From: an uncultured Spirochaetota bacterium
GTDB taxonomy: Bacteria; Spirochaetota; Brevinematia; Brevinematales; JAOACQ01
Length of the DNA stretch: 64,000 nucleotides
Assembly (NCBI GenBank): GCA_963835575.1
Contig: CAWIGG010000002.1
Location: forward strand, 1,248,001-1,312,000
Direction of reading: 5' to 3'
This document shows, one piece after another, positions 17,855 to 28,966 of the stretch. The notes under the pieces are model-generated. The model saw only the letters and a program-made list of their open reading frames with translations. It ran no database searches and was not told the DNA's origin. Made by a program: the position numbers and the translations under genes. The stretch's first letter is position 1. Every line of letters begins with the position of its first letter.

Positions 17855-19669
17855 TTAATGACAATTGTGATTCGGGCACCATCTGATAAAATGATTGTTA
17901 TGGTAATGCCCGCAATTATGATGAAGCTCAGGATCAATAACACAGATCACATCCTCACCGACGATATCTCTTCCATCCAGGGTTTTGCCGAACAGTTTCA
18001 GGATCAGTACTTCTTCATCCTCAACATCACCCAGAGCTTTTACAATATCTTTATTTTTGAAAAGCATAACTAAATCAAGATATCCGTCTCGGCCTAATTT
18101 ATTACCGGCCATCTTATCCAGGGGCTTATCTATAAAAGGATAATATGGAGTTGCGACATCATGATACCATGAAAATACCGGAGAAACACCCGCCAGCTGG
18201 ACAGTCCTGACATCAATAGTCCTGACATTAAAATTGCTTGTGCCGCAAATAGCTACGGGAATAACGCCATGATTATCAATGACAATCTGGCATCTGCTAA
18301 TATCATTATCACAATCATTAACAAAATCACAATCATGATCAATATCATGATCATCAATATCAACATATATATAATTGGGGATTTTATAAGGTTTTATATC
18401 GACTGCGACTTCAATTTTAGTGACAACGTTAATAGTCACTTTTTGTGTTGCGTAAATCACCCCGTCTCCGACAACGCCGACATCGAATGTATAAACTCCA
18501 TCGGGAGTTCCGGCCGGCACTGTGATTTGTATATCAAAATCAAAAGTATTCGTCGCCCTTAAATCAATATCCGTTATTTCCTCTGGAGAAGCGTAGGTAA
18601 GCCAGCTTTCAAAACCGGGAGTGACGACTTTAAGTGAAACGGAACGTATCGTCATGAAAGTATCCAGTATTTTTTCAGCAATAAAGTCTCCAATGTCCTG
18701 CCCGCTAGGTATAGAACCATTGGGGTTGATTTTAAAGGCATAGCCGCCGTTAGTGGCCGCATATTTCTGCCAGATAGGAAAATAATTCCCGCTGTGCATG
18801 ACAAGGAGGTTTACATTCGAAGCTTTCATAGTCAAAAGAACATTCGCAAGGTTCAGGTCGTCAGCTGTCCCCGCTATCTCATCCCTTCCCGGATCGGGGC
18901 CGGTTGATCTGTGGGAACCGTCCAGCATATAATCGAGGTCATGAGTCAGGTCATCGCACCACATCATGAGGTATTTCTTGCTGCCGTTTCTCCAGCCGAC
19001 ATTGGAATCGCTGTAGCTTTCAAACATAATTCTTGTGTAATCAGCCGGAGCATCATAACTGTAGCCTGTTTTCATATGGTAGAAAGCGTTTGAAACAACA
19101 GTTGTGTTATCTGTAAGCGATTGGTCCAGGGAATAAGGATAGTCTTCGCCGGGATATCCGTAGAGGATCGGGCCGTAGCCGCCGCCGCTGTACGTATTTG
19201 TATAGTCCGAATGCGACATAACGGCAAAGTACATATCGGGAATGACCGACTTGATTTTATTCATGATATTAATTGAGTTGACTTTAGCGTTGTTCAACAC
19301 ACTGTACATGCTACCCGTAGTATCAAAACTGAAAATAATGTCGCCTTTCGGCGGAGCCCCCGAAATTACGGCTGTCTTATGCTCTGAAACGCTCTCCCCC
19401 GGCTTTAATGTCACAGTCATCGAATCCGGAGTCAATGTAGACGGAGATTCGCCCGCTCTTGTCAAACCTTTCGTAGCAGCCGAATAATCAATCAGAGGAA
19501 CAGAAGCCGGTGCCATAACGCCTTTCTGGTCTGGACCGTTGGTCTGCAGACCGGAATTCTCCACGGCCGTTGAAGACAGGCTTGTGGATTGGCTATTTTC
19601 CTGAACGGAACAAGCTGCAAATAACAAAGCAAAAATAATGAAGAATAAATAGCTTTGCATCCTTCTCAT
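17855..19669 (-). CDS. VWA-domain lipoprotein
   Basis: Lipobox FAAC, MIDAS-like DTTGS, and a C-terminal DIKP...GVIPVAI...DGYLDLV domain. Confidence 0.7.
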   Translation of the reverse strand: MRRMQSYLFFIIFALLFAACSVQENSQSTSLSSTAVENSGLQTNGPDQKGVMAPASVPLIDYSAATKGLTRAGESPSTLTPDSMTVTLKPGESVSEHKTAVISGAPPKGDIIFSFDTTGSMYSVLNNAKVNSINIMNKIKSVIPDMYFAVMSHSDYTNTYSGGGYGPILYGYPGEDYPYSLDQSLTDNTTVVSNAFYHMKTGYSYDAPADYTRIMFESYSDSNVGWRNGSKKYLMMWCDDLTHDLDYMLDGSHRSTGPDPGRDEIAGTADDLNLANVLLTMKASNVNLLVMHSGNYFPIWQKYAATNGGYAFKINPNGSIPSGQDIGDFIAEKILDTFMTIRSVSLKVVTPGFESWLTYASPEEITDIDLRATNTFDFDIQITVPAGTPDGVYTFDVGVVGDGVIYATQKVTINVVTKIEVAVDIKPYKIPNYIYVDIDDHDIDHDCDFVNDCDNDISRCQIVIDNHGVIPVAICGTSNFNVRTIDVRTVQLAGVSPVFSWYHDVATPYYPFIDKPLDKMAGNKLGRDGYLDLVMLFKNKDIVKALGDVEDEEVLILKLFGKTLDGRDIVGEDVICVIDPELHHNCGHYHNNHFIRWCPNHNCH

Positions 19670-19962
19670 TTTTCAGCCTCCCTATATTTTTTTTTATAAT
19701 CCAAATATATAATTGTTTGACTTATTGATATATTTTTCCCAAATGAAAATGTTTTTTAAAAACCCCATTTTAACGTTAAAGATTTTATATTATAATTGCT
19801 TACTTGTCAAAAAGAATTTTATGAGAATATTATTAATCTAACAATTAATTCTTTCCATATCCATTAATTTTATTATCATTCAATGCATTTAAATATAATC
19901 GTATTCAAATATATAAACTGGTCAGGATATTCAGATTATGATATAATGAATTAATTGAAAAT

Positions 19963-20853
19963 ATGGAGTACAAGATGATCGAAATTGGTAAATACAGCCG
20001 CCTGAAAACGGTCAAAAAAACGGATTTTGGGATTTATCTGGACGCCGGAGAGAGAGAAACTTATTCCGAAATCCTCCTGCCTAAAAAATATGTCCCGAAA
20101 GATTTAAAAATCGGTGAATTTATTGATGCATTCATTTATAAAGATTCACAGAACCGCCCCATCGCCACAACGCAAAAACCCAAAATCCTCCTGAATGATT
20201 TCGCTTCGCTTGAAGTCAGGGATATTAATAAATACGGGGCTTTTCTGGATTGGGGAATAGATAACCAGCTTCTTCTTCCCTTCCGGGAACAGCCGGAAAG
20301 CCTGAAGGCGGGAGAAAAAGTGACCGTCATGATGTATCTGGACAGGGTTTCCGACCGCCTTGTCGCGACTTCGCGGCTGGATAAATTCCTTCATAAAACT
20401 TTAAAGCCGGAAGATATAGAATTATTTAATAAAGGAGATTCTGTAAAACTCCTTATATACGAGCGGACAGATATCGGATTTAAAGCGGTGATTATTTCTG
20501 ATAAAATAGAGCATAAATATTCGGGCATTCTTTATCATAGCGATGTTTTTCAAAGGATTAAACCCGGAGACGAAATAAAAGGCTTTATCAAAACAATCCG
20601 GGATGACGGTAAAATAGACCTCACGCTCAGAAAAACCGGGCTTGATGAAATAGCTGCATGCAGGGAAAAAATCCTCAGAACATTGAAGAATACAGGCGGC
20701 TATTTATCTTTGAACAACGACAGCTCTCCTGAAGATATCAAAAAACTGCTGGAAATGAGTAAAAAATCATTCAAAAAGGCCATCGGCATGCTGTATAAGG
20801 ATAAATTGATTATTATTGAGAAACATGGAATTAAATTACTTAACCTTTCCTAA
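19963..20853 (+). CDS. CvfB-family S1 RNA-binding protein
   Basis: FGIYLD, GAFLDWG and DGKIDLTL S1 repeats plus a winged-helix tail (SKKSFKKAIGMLYK). Confidence 0.85.
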   Translation: MEYKMIEIGKYSRLKTVKKTDFGIYLDAGERETYSEILLPKKYVPKDLKIGEFIDAFIYKDSQNRPIATTQKPKILLNDFASLEVRDINKYGAFLDWGIDNQLLLPFREQPESLKAGEKVTVMMYLDRVSDRLVATSRLDKFLHKTLKPEDIELFNKGDSVKLLIYERTDIGFKAVIISDKIEHKYSGILYHSDVFQRIKPGDEIKGFIKTIRDDGKIDLTLRKTGLDEIAACREKILRTLKNTGGYLSLNNDSSPEDIKKLLEMSKKSFKKAIGMLYKDKLIIIEKHGIKLLNLS

Positions 20854-20910
20854 TTATGTATAATATTGTATTATTACAATCCAAAAATATTTTTCCATAA
20901 GGTCCTTATT

Positions 20911-22215
20911 ATGAAACAGAAAACGGCTTTTGTCTGTTATTATAAAAAAGAAAACCGTTACAGCTTTAATGCTCTTATCGCAGCCTGGGAAACAGACCCT
21001 GATTTTAACAATATCGATGTCCATTACTTTCAAAAAGTCTCAGATTTCACATCATTAAAATCAATAATAGATAAATATGACATAACGATTCTGGGTTTTT
21101 CCTTCACAACGCCGCAGATATTTCAGATAGAAAATATAATGCAGGGATTACAAGATTTATCAGTAGAAATGCCGCATGCTTCTTTATTAACAATTGCCGG
21201 CGGGCCGCACCCGACAGGAGATCCCGGGGGAACGCTCAGGATGGGTTTTGATGCCGTCTTTATCGGGGAAGGCGAACAATCCCTGATGGAATTCATTAAA
21301 ACAATAGATGAAAATAATGATTTTCATCTCATAAAAGGAATCGCCTATATTAATTCTGAAGGGAAGATTATTTACACTGGTAAAAAAGAAGATATCTCCC
21401 TCAACCTGTATCCCCCGATATCCGGAAGACACAAATTATTCGGACCGGTTGAAATAACCCGGGGCTGTCCTCATGCCTGCTCATTTTGCCAGACGTCCAG
21501 GATGTTCGGAAATAAAATGAGGCACAGGTCTGCGGAACAAATTATTCAATATATCAAAATAATGAAGGCATTTCATCTTGAGGCCTTCCGGGCAATTACG
21601 CCAAATGCCTTTTCATATTGCCGGAACGGCGATCAGATTAATTATCAGGCGCTGGAAGAACTATTATCCTCTGTACAAAGTATATTAAAACCGGAAGGCA
21701 GGGTTTATTACGGCACTTTCCCCTCCGAAATCAGGCCTGAGGATGTAACAGAGGAAAGCCTCGCATTGATTAAAAAATATACTGATAATGAACAGATCAC
21801 TATCGGAGCTCAATTCGGCAGCGATAGAATGCTGAATCTGAGCGGAAGAGGACACACTGTCGGCTCAATCCTCAAGGCAGCGAGTTTGACAAAAAAAGCC
21901 GGATTAAAAGCCTGTATGGATTTTATATTTTTTATGCCTGAAGAAACGCCGGATGATTTAAAAGAAACTTTTTCTTTAATGAAAGAGCTGTTAAAATTGG
22001 GCGCTTCCATCAATACTCACAGCTTCCTGCCTTTAGCAGGAACACCTTATTATAGACAGATCAACAATGACCGTCATTATGAACAGTATGTTGAAAAAGA
22101 GCTGAGAAATCTTGGTTTCCTGATTGGGAAATGGCGGCGGCAGAGGGAAATATCCTTCAAACTTGCCGCTGTGTTTGATCAGGGCCTTTTGAAAAGTCCG
22201 GATGTTTTCGGATGA
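20911..22215 (+). CDS. B12-binding domain/radical SAM protein (TIGR04013-like)
   Basis: AGGPHPT, GEGE and EITRGCPHACSFC (CxxxCxxC) motifs. Start taken at ATG 20911. Confidence 0.8.
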   Translation: MKQKTAFVCYYKKENRYSFNALIAAWETDPDFNNIDVHYFQKVSDFTSLKSIIDKYDITILGFSFTTPQIFQIENIMQGLQDLSVEMPHASLLTIAGGPHPTGDPGGTLRMGFDAVFIGEGEQSLMEFIKTIDENNDFHLIKGIAYINSEGKIIYTGKKEDISLNLYPPISGRHKLFGPVEITRGCPHACSFCQTSRMFGNKMRHRSAEQIIQYIKIMKAFHLEAFRAITPNAFSYCRNGDQINYQALEELLSSVQSILKPEGRVYYGTFPSEIRPEDVTEESLALIKKYTDNEQITIGAQFGSDRMLNLSGRGHTVGSILKAASLTKKAGLKACMDFIFFMPEETPDDLKETFSLMKELLKLGASINTHSFLPLAGTPYYRQINNDRHYEQYVEKELRNLGFLIGKWRRQREISFKLAAVFDQGLLKSPDVFG

Positions 22216-22973
22216 AAAAGATGGTCCAGCAGGTAATCCGGCTTCGGATTGCGGAAGGAAGCGAAAATATTGTTCTTCAGATTGGGGATTTCTTTCGAAA
22301 GTTCTTGAACAAGCTCCCTTATTTTGTTGCGCCTGAGATCCCTCCGGACCATCTGGGAAGGGCAAACTTCTCCGAAAACGGGAAATGCCTCTTCCCTGTC
22401 GTAAATAAAGCTTTCGATCTGAATTTTCCTGACATAGGCGAGCGGCCGTATAAGCGAGATCTTTCCGTCAAAGAGGTCGAGCCTCGGCAGCATGGTGGAA
22501 AGCTCCCGCTTAAAAAAAAGGTTCATCAGGCTTGTCTCAACAATATCATCCAGATGGTGCCCGAGCGCTATTCTGTTGCAGTCCTGTTTGTCAGCGTAGC
22601 GGATCAGCTCAGTCCTTCTCTTCTGGGCGCAGAGAAAACAGATGTCCCTTTTACGGCTGTTTTCGGCGGTCAGTACCTTGACCGTCCTGACTTTTATGAT
22701 ATGGGTATCAAGGCCTGTTTTATCCATGATAAAAGTTGTTAACACGCTCACTTTTTTATTGTATTCTTCATTTTCACCGTTAAAATTATCCACAAACGCC
22801 GGAGATAGTTCGTATTTTATCGGGAGCCGCTTCAGTCTTCCATGCAGGAGCAGAAGGAGGGCAAGGCTGTCCATTCCGCCCGAAAGTCCTACAACGATCC
22901 TGTCGCCCCCTTTGATCATTTCATAGTCATTGATCGCCAGGCCCATCAGTTTTGAAAGATTTTTTTCGGTCAA
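22179..22973 (-). CDS. ttcA: tRNA 2-thiocytidine synthetase TtcA-family
   Basis: PP-loop SGGMDS, CFLC, ALGHHLDD and IRPL motifs. Confidence 0.8.
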   Translation of the reverse strand: MTEKNLSKLMGLAINDYEMIKGGDRIVVGLSGGMDSLALLLLLHGRLKRLPIKYELSPAFVDNFNGENEEYNKKVSVLTTFIMDKTGLDTHIIKVRTVKVLTAENSRKRDICFLCAQKRRTELIRYADKQDCNRIALGHHLDDIVETSLMNLFFKRELSTMLPRLDLFDGKISLIRPLAYVRKIQIESFIYDREEAFPVFGEVCPSQMVRRDLRRNKIRELVQELSKEIPNLKNNIFASFRNPKPDYLLDHLFHPKTSGLFKRP

Positions 22974-23108
22974 TTTAAACTCCTTGAAGACAGGAAGAGT
23001 AATATTTTATTGATTTGAGGTTGAGATGTCAATAAAATATAAAGCTTAAGCGTTTTCCCAAAATAAATACTTTTGTTAAAGTTCAGTCAAAGATTAGTTC
23101 ATGAAAAT

Positions 23109-23195
23109 AGCCACAGAATTACACAGAAAAACACTGATTTTTTTTACTTAATATAATGGAACTCATTTTGTGCTGTTCCGTGAAATTCTGTGGCT
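23109..23195. repeat. Intergenic triplet-arm inverted element
   Basis: CAC(A/T)GA x3 at 10-nt period (23112, 23122, 23132) mirrored by T(C/T)(T/C)GTG x3; perfect 12-bp outer IR AGCCACAGAATT. Confidence 0.7.
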
Positions 23196-23213
23196 TAATA
23201 GTTATGAATTGTT

Positions 23214-26200
23214 TTAATGCGCCCTGCCGTTCCTCTGCCTCCGCATCTCGTCATAAAGCCTGCCGGCCTGAAGAATGAATGTCTCGAGCCTTGCCTGTAT
23301 GATCTGCGAGAAGGGATTGCCGTCGCATTCGATGCTGAGGAACGGGAGAATATCCATATTCTCCTTATAAGCTGAAACATCCACCTTTCGCCCGGCGTTT
23401 TTTGAAGCGATTTCCTTACCCTCGATTGTCATTTCGGGAAGGACGACAGCTTCCGTCATACGCGAGTTCATACAGCCGAAAGGCCCGACACTGATGACGC
23501 CGCAGTATTTATCAATGAAGTGATAAAGCGCCGAACCGCTGGAAAGGCCCGGCTCTCCCGTCAGCTGGGGCGGGAAGAAATGCATCGAGTGGCTGATGTA
23601 TTTACGGATGTTGATCATTTCGTTCTCAAAAAGGCCGGTTTTGGCGAATATCTTTTTGATCCTCTTTTCATGGTAATCCTGGACGAACACAGAAATCATC
23701 GCCTCGAGGTTACCGATGAATGTCGTTTTCAGCTCATACATCTTTATATCGCGCAGATAGTCCGTGTAGCGGACCCATTCCGAAACGGGCGCGTCCAGCA
23801 TAACGAAGCCGTTATCAGCCAGGATGTCCGGTATGCTCATCAGGGAGAAATGGTCCCTGCGGACAAAAATCTCGCCTATGACGCCGACATACTTGGCCTC
23901 GCTGATCGGCCTTACAAGTTTTATCTTTGATAATTCCCCGGCGCTTTTCTTCAGCTGGCTGTAAAAGGGTACCTTGTTCGTATGGGAGAACGTGCCGAGA
24001 ATTTTATCCCTTTCCTCGTTGAAGATCTCCATACCCCGGACTTTATCCACAGCCATCGCCTTGATAGCGGAGCGTATGTCATCCAGTATGTCGAATGCGT
24101 ACATTGCCTTGGCCATTGAGAGCCTGAAAGGAATGCCCAGCCCGGCGTAACCGTTGTCATTAGAGAGCGGCAGAAGGGCCACATTCCTCAGCTTGAGCTT
24201 CTCGATTGTCGTATTGAGCAGGATCTCGTACTGGCCCACCCGGCAGCAGCCGCCGGCCGCCACCATGAAAATCAGGAGCTTTTCGTCCGGGTTTTTCCGG
24301 TACTTGATGTATTTTAAAACCTCGCCGATGATGTTGATGATCGGCAGGCATTCCTTGCTTGTCGTCACGGAGCGGCCGAGGTCCAGGGCTTCCCTGTCGC
24401 AGACAGGAAGCGCTTCGGCATCCCATCCCAGCCCGCTCAGAACGGCGGCCGTGCTGAGATTGAAAAGGTCCCCCATTGAGGGTACGACAGCTTTGACGTT
24501 TTTGCTTTTCGCGTTCGTCCTGCCGCCGTCGGAATCGATGTAAACGACATTTCCCAGATCGTCCATTTCAACCCTGGCCATGATAAAATGGGAAACAGGA
24601 TCATGGATTTTATCTTTTACTTTCAGATAATTCTTGATCACATCCAGGAAAGCCTCGATCCTGGTATTGACGCCGGCATCGGCCGTATGCGTGTCCACTT
24701 CGATCGTGAGCGAAGGCTTTGTTGCCATAAGGTCGCGGAAATGCTGGACCATCATCGAGTCCAGGGCGCAAAGGAAATTAGTGAGATAGCACCCGAAAAG
24801 CTGGGGATGTCGCTTAACGATCCGCGCCGCCTTGATAATCCTCTGGCCCATTTCCCAGTATGTGTTTTTATAATTTTCTTCCTCTTCATATTCAAGAAAA
24901 TCATAAGGAATGATGTCCATACCGCGCGAAGCGAACTTGAAGGGAACGCCCTTGTTTGTTTCCTCTGCGAAGGCATTGTATGGCCTTCCGAATAGAACGA
25001 TCGCTGTTTTTTCAGGATGTTTTTCCAGGTCCGCTATGATGCGCCTTCCTTCTTCCTTGAGAGCTTTGAAAAACTTTTGCTGTTTTTCAAAAGCGACTTT
25101 ATGAGCCCTTTTACCTTCAGCGCTTGAAAAGCCGAGGTCCTTTGCGATTTGAATGAACTGCTTTTCCTCCGCATCAAAACCCTTCATAAAATTCATTACG
25201 GGGGCGATGAGCTTCGGCCCGTCTTTCCTTCCCCGCAGGAATGTGGCGCGCATATAATGAGGCTCGCCCTGGACGAACATGCAGACGGCCTGGTATTCCT
25301 TGCGGTATTCCTCCTGTTCGGAGACATGCATCTCCAGAATCTGCGGCATGAAGATAAAATCAGGCTTTTTCATAAGCAGGTCCTCGAACATGCCCAGCGC
25401 GATCTGCCCTGAAAGGCAGAAGCTCGTCATTCCCTTGTCAATCCCGGATTGATGAACGACATCGGGCAGAACAACCTTACAGCCTAATTCGTTAAAGAAA
25501 TTAAAAAACATTGGGTAAAGGGTATTGACCTGGAATGAGCGGTTTATTCCGATGACCGGCGCTCCTTCTTTTATCGCAGGATTCGATTTTGTAAATCTTT
25601 CATAGAGCATTTCACGCCGCTTGACGACATGGTTAAACTCGGGAACATTATAGCTGATGCGGTGGAGCTGATTATAGTATTTATTGCATGCCCCGCCGAA
25701 GGGGAATTTTTTGTCCTTGACATGGATCATCGCGATCTCGCAGCGCCTGTCGCAGTTTTCCGCCGTTCCCTGGCAGATGAACAACTTGCCGTAGGATACT
25801 TCCCTGTCGGCCAGTTCCTTGATATCAAAAGAGCTCTTTTTGATCAGCCCGAGGTCTATCATATTTTTTATTTCAAGAGCTACTCCGTAAGCTCCCATAA
25901 GGCCCGGATGAGGCGGAACAACGATCCTTTTGCCCGTCAGCGCCGCCATGGCGACAGGTACGGCCTTATTGTAGCAGACGCCGCCCTGCATGAATATTTT
26001 GTTGCCCACCTGGCGCGAGCCTTTGACGCGGTTGACATAATTGATGCAGATGGAATAGACCAGGCCGGCTATGATATTTTCCTTTGTGACGCCTTCCTGA
26101 AAGGCCATGTTGATGTCGGATGAAATAAAGGCAGCGCATTGGTCGGAGAAATTAGGCGGGTTTTTCGCGCCCAGCGCGATATCGGCAATGTCTTCCATTT

Positions 26201-27566
26201 TAACGCCCAAGGTTTCAAAAGCTGATTCTTCCAGAAAACTGCCCGTTCCCGCCGAGCAAGCCTCGTTCATCGCGTAATCCGAGGCGACTGAATTTGTCAG
26301 GAATGTATATTTCGCGTCCTGCCCGCCGATCTCAAAAATGGTGTCCACGCCGGCGTCAAAATGGGCCGCGGCTTTCGCATGAGCTATGATCTCATTGATA
26401 ATGCCTTCGGTATCCGCGTGAAGTCCGGCGATATAACGTCCGCTTCCCGTCACTCCCAGGCCTGTCACATTGACTTTTGTCCCGCCCAGCTGTTCATAAA
26501 GCGATTGATAGCACTGCCGGGACGCTTCTATGGGATTGCCGTTTGTCCTGAGATATTTCGAATAGAGTATTTTTTCGTCCCTGATGCGGAAAAGCACGGC
26601 CTTTGTCGTAGTCGACCCGACATCGAGGCCGATCAGGCATTCGTCGCCGTCATTCGCTTTTTCAAAATCCATCTGTTTAAAATCGACCATATTAATATAC
26701 TGGGTCAACGGGTTCATAAAATCGAATGATGATTTGATCTTTTTAAAAAATGCGCCTTTTTCAGGCACTATATCCTGCTTTTCCTTTAAAGCCCAGAGCG
26801 CGGCGCCGAGAGCCTCAAAATATGGGGCTTCCTGAGGCACAACAACCTTTTCAAAACTCTGTTTTAAAAACTCGATCACCACATCGTTCTGCGCTGTGCC
26901 GCCCACAACCAGGATTTTCCGGGCGTTCACTCTTACAAGCAGTTCCTCGATCTTTTTGGCGATCATTCTGGCCAGGCCTGCCGTCACGTCCGCTATGCTT
27001 TCTCCCTTGTTCAGGGCATGGGTGCAGTCCGACTTGCAGAATACCGAGCACCGCCCGGAAAGGTGGTGCGGGTTCTGCGACGTCCGCGAAAGAGAAACAG
27101 CCTGCTCGATATTGATGTTCATCCTGCGGATCTGCTGGAGAAAAAATTCCCCTGTGCCCGACGCGCATTTATTTCCGGAGCTGATCCGGGCTATGCGGCC
27201 TTTTTTGTCCATTTCATAAACGATGAAAGATTCTCCGCCGGCCGAGACAATAGCATCGTAATTCTTCTGATCTTCTTTCAGGAACGCGTAAGCGAATTCA
27301 GTCGCTTCCGGTTCGATCAGCGAAGGGATGGTCGTGATTTCCCTGAATTTCCTGCCGGTAATCGCTATATATTTATTTTTCAGTTCATATTCATCCAGTA
27401 TTTTTGTGAAAGTTCCTTTCGGATCGCCGCTATGTTCTTTTACAACCGTATTGACGATCTGTATATTTCCTTCGTTATTTTCAACTTCAACCAGTGAAAA
27501 AGTTGATGCTCCAAGACAGATTCCCACCGCTTTTTCATTCTTTCCGCCGTCCAACGGGTTAGCCAT
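23214..27566 (-). CDS. Multidomain 2-hydroxyacyl-CoA dehydratase activase (BadF/BcrAD-type ATPase x2 + DUF2229-like)
   Basis: KCASGTG, GLDVGSTTTK, TGSG, EIGGQDAK, MNEACSAGTG and CAAF motifs. Confidence 0.85.
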   Translation of the reverse strand: MANPLDGGKNEKAVGICLGASTFSLVEVENNEGNIQIVNTVVKEHSGDPKGTFTKILDEYELKNKYIAITGRKFREITTIPSLIEPEATEFAYAFLKEDQKNYDAIVSAGGESFIVYEMDKKGRIARISSGNKCASGTGEFFLQQIRRMNINIEQAVSLSRTSQNPHHLSGRCSVFCKSDCTHALNKGESIADVTAGLARMIAKKIEELLVRVNARKILVVGGTAQNDVVIEFLKQSFEKVVVPQEAPYFEALGAALWALKEKQDIVPEKGAFFKKIKSSFDFMNPLTQYINMVDFKQMDFEKANDGDECLIGLDVGSTTTKAVLFRIRDEKILYSKYLRTNGNPIEASRQCYQSLYEQLGGTKVNVTGLGVTGSGRYIAGLHADTEGIINEIIAHAKAAAHFDAGVDTIFEIGGQDAKYTFLTNSVASDYAMNEACSAGTGSFLEESAFETLGVKMEDIADIALGAKNPPNFSDQCAAFISSDINMAFQEGVTKENIIAGLVYSICINYVNRVKGSRQVGNKIFMQGGVCYNKAVPVAMAALTGKRIVVPPHPGLMGAYGVALEIKNMIDLGLIKKSSFDIKELADREVSYGKLFICQGTAENCDRRCEIAMIHVKDKKFPFGGACNKYYNQLHRISYNVPEFNHVVKRREMLYERFTKSNPAIKEGAPVIGINRSFQVNTLYPMFFNFFNELGCKVVLPDVVHQSGIDKGMTSFCLSGQIALGMFEDLLMKKPDFIFMPQILEMHVSEQEEYRKEYQAVCMFVQGEPHYMRATFLRGRKDGPKLIAPVMNFMKGFDAEEKQFIQIAKDLGFSSAEGKRAHKVAFEKQQKFFKALKEEGRRIIADLEKHPEKTAIVLFGRPYNAFAEETNKGVPFKFASRGMDIIPYDFLEYEEEENYKNTYWEMGQRIIKAARIVKRHPQLFGCYLTNFLCALDSMMVQHFRDLMATKPSLTIEVDTHTADAGVNTRIEAFLDVIKNYLKVKDKIHDPVSHFIMARVEMDDLGNVVYIDSDGGRTNAKSKNVKAVVPSMGDLFNLSTAAVLSGLGWDAEALPVCDREALDLGRSVTTSKECLPIINIIGEVLKYIKYRKNPDEKLLIFMVAAGGCCRVGQYEILLNTTIEKLKLRNVALLPLSNDNGYAGLGIPFRLSMAKAMYAFDILDDIRSAIKAMAVDKVRGMEIFNEERDKILGTFSHTNKVPFYSQLKKSAGELSKIKLVRPISEAKYVGVIGEIFVRRDHFSLMSIPDILADNGFVMLDAPVSEWVRYTDYLRDIKMYELKTTFIGNLEAMISVFVQDYHEKRIKKIFAKTGLFENEMINIRKYISHSMHFFPPQLTGEPGLSSGSALYHFIDKYCGVISVGPFGCMNSRMTEAVVLPEMTIEGKEIASKNAGRKVDVSAYKENMDILPFLSIECDGNPFSQIIQARLETFILQAGRLYDEMRRQRNGRAH

Positions 27567-27903
27567 ATTCCATAACCTCCAGTTCCCGGCCTGCTGTCAT
27601 AATTTCTATATCGCTGCCGGAATCTTAACCCTAAATTATAACCAATATTTCAAAAAAAGCAAAATTTATTGGAAAAAACTCCCGGCTTTAGACAGTAAAA
27701 ACCAGTAATTAAATCATTTGATGTTATTATTTTTAATAACTAAACCAATTAAAAATAAATATGATTTTATATTCAATTCAAGAAATAAACTTCTTATTTC
27801 TATAATGAATTTCTATAATGAATTTTTGAATAATTTCTCAAATTCCCTTATACTTTTCTATTAGATTACTAACAAGGAGAGAGGCATTGCCTTTATAAAT
27901 ATT

Positions 27904-28569
27904 ATGAAAGAATTCGACAGGCTTTTTGAAATTATTAAAACCCTCCGGAGCGACAACGGCTGTCCATGGGACAGGGAGCAAACGTTTGAAACCATGGCTC
28001 CCAGCCTCATTGAGGAAGTCTATGAGATCGTCGATGCCGTTGAGGACAATAAAAAAGAAGACCTGCAGGAAGAGCTCGGCGACCTTTTCTTTCTTACCCT
28101 GTTCGTCAGCTATCTCGGCGAACAGTCCGGCCGGTTTAAAACGGCGGATGTCCTGAATACAGCCTCAGACAAGCTGGTCCGCCGGCACCCCCATGTTTTC
28201 GGCAATCTGGATGAAAAAAACGTCGATCAGATCATTGTGAACTGGGAATCAATCAAATCTTCGGAAATTAAGAATAAAGACAGAAAGACCCCTTTTGACG
28301 GGATCCCCAGAAAGCTTCCGGAAATCCAGCGGTTTTTTAAAATACTTGAAAAAGCAAAAAGGGCTCATCTGGAAATAGAAAAAATAACCGATGATGAGCT
28401 GTTAAAATCTTTAGGGACTTTTTTAAAGAAGAAAAATGATAAAAATCTTGCCTGTTTTATAGGAAAATTCCTGATTTACACTTTTTCCCGCAACTTTGCC
28501 GTCCCGGCGCTCATCCGGAAAATCGGCAGAAGCTCTTTATCAAGATATAAAAATATTTCAAAAAAATAA
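27904..28569 (+). CDS. mazG: MazG nucleotide pyrophosphohydrolase
   Basis: GCPWDREQT, EEVYE, EELGD and KLVRRHPHVF motifs. Confidence 0.9.
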   Translation: MKEFDRLFEIIKTLRSDNGCPWDREQTFETMAPSLIEEVYEIVDAVEDNKKEDLQEELGDLFFLTLFVSYLGEQSGRFKTADVLNTASDKLVRRHPHVFGNLDEKNVDQIIVNWESIKSSEIKNKDRKTPFDGIPRKLPEIQRFFKILEKAKRAHLEIEKITDDELLKSLGTFLKKKNDKNLACFIGKFLIYTFSRNFAVPALIRKIGRSSLSRYKNISKK

Positions 28570-28678
28570 AGAAATTCACTAAAAACATCGATATTATATA
28601 TGTAATTAGGGATAATGGTTTTATCCCCGGCCTTCATGGACGAAGGCTTAAGAAAAATGAATTCCAAGGAGGGAATTT

Positions 28679-28966
28679 ATGATTATTAACGGTTTAAGCC
28701 CGGGTGTGACAATCCCCGAACCTATCACGGCAAATCTTGAAAAAGACAAGCTTGAGCAGGATATCCGCGCAGAAAAGCAGGCTCTCCAAAGCCAGTCCCA
28801 GGAAGAAACAAAAAAGGAAAAGAAATCCCCTGATTTTGAGATGAATGAATACTATTTGAAAGAATTGCTTTTTCTCATGAGTTCAAGGGGAAACGCCGCG
28901 ACTATTGAAAAACTTGCTCAACTGCTTAGAAAAGAAAGGGAAACTTTATCAACTAAAGTGAAGTAA
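28679..28966 (+). CDS. Hypothetical protein
   Basis: 95-aa ORF with a strong AAGGAGG RBS. Confidence 0.65.
   Translation: MIINGLSPGVTIPEPITANLEKDKLEQDIRAEKQALQSQSQEETKKEKKSPDFEMNEYYLKELLFLMSSRGNAATIEKLAQLLRKERETLSTKVK

Noticed and set aside
27796..27825. 13-bp tandem duplication ATTTCTATAATGA upstream of mazG
   Set aside because: Two copies in very AT-rich DNA; probably slippage.
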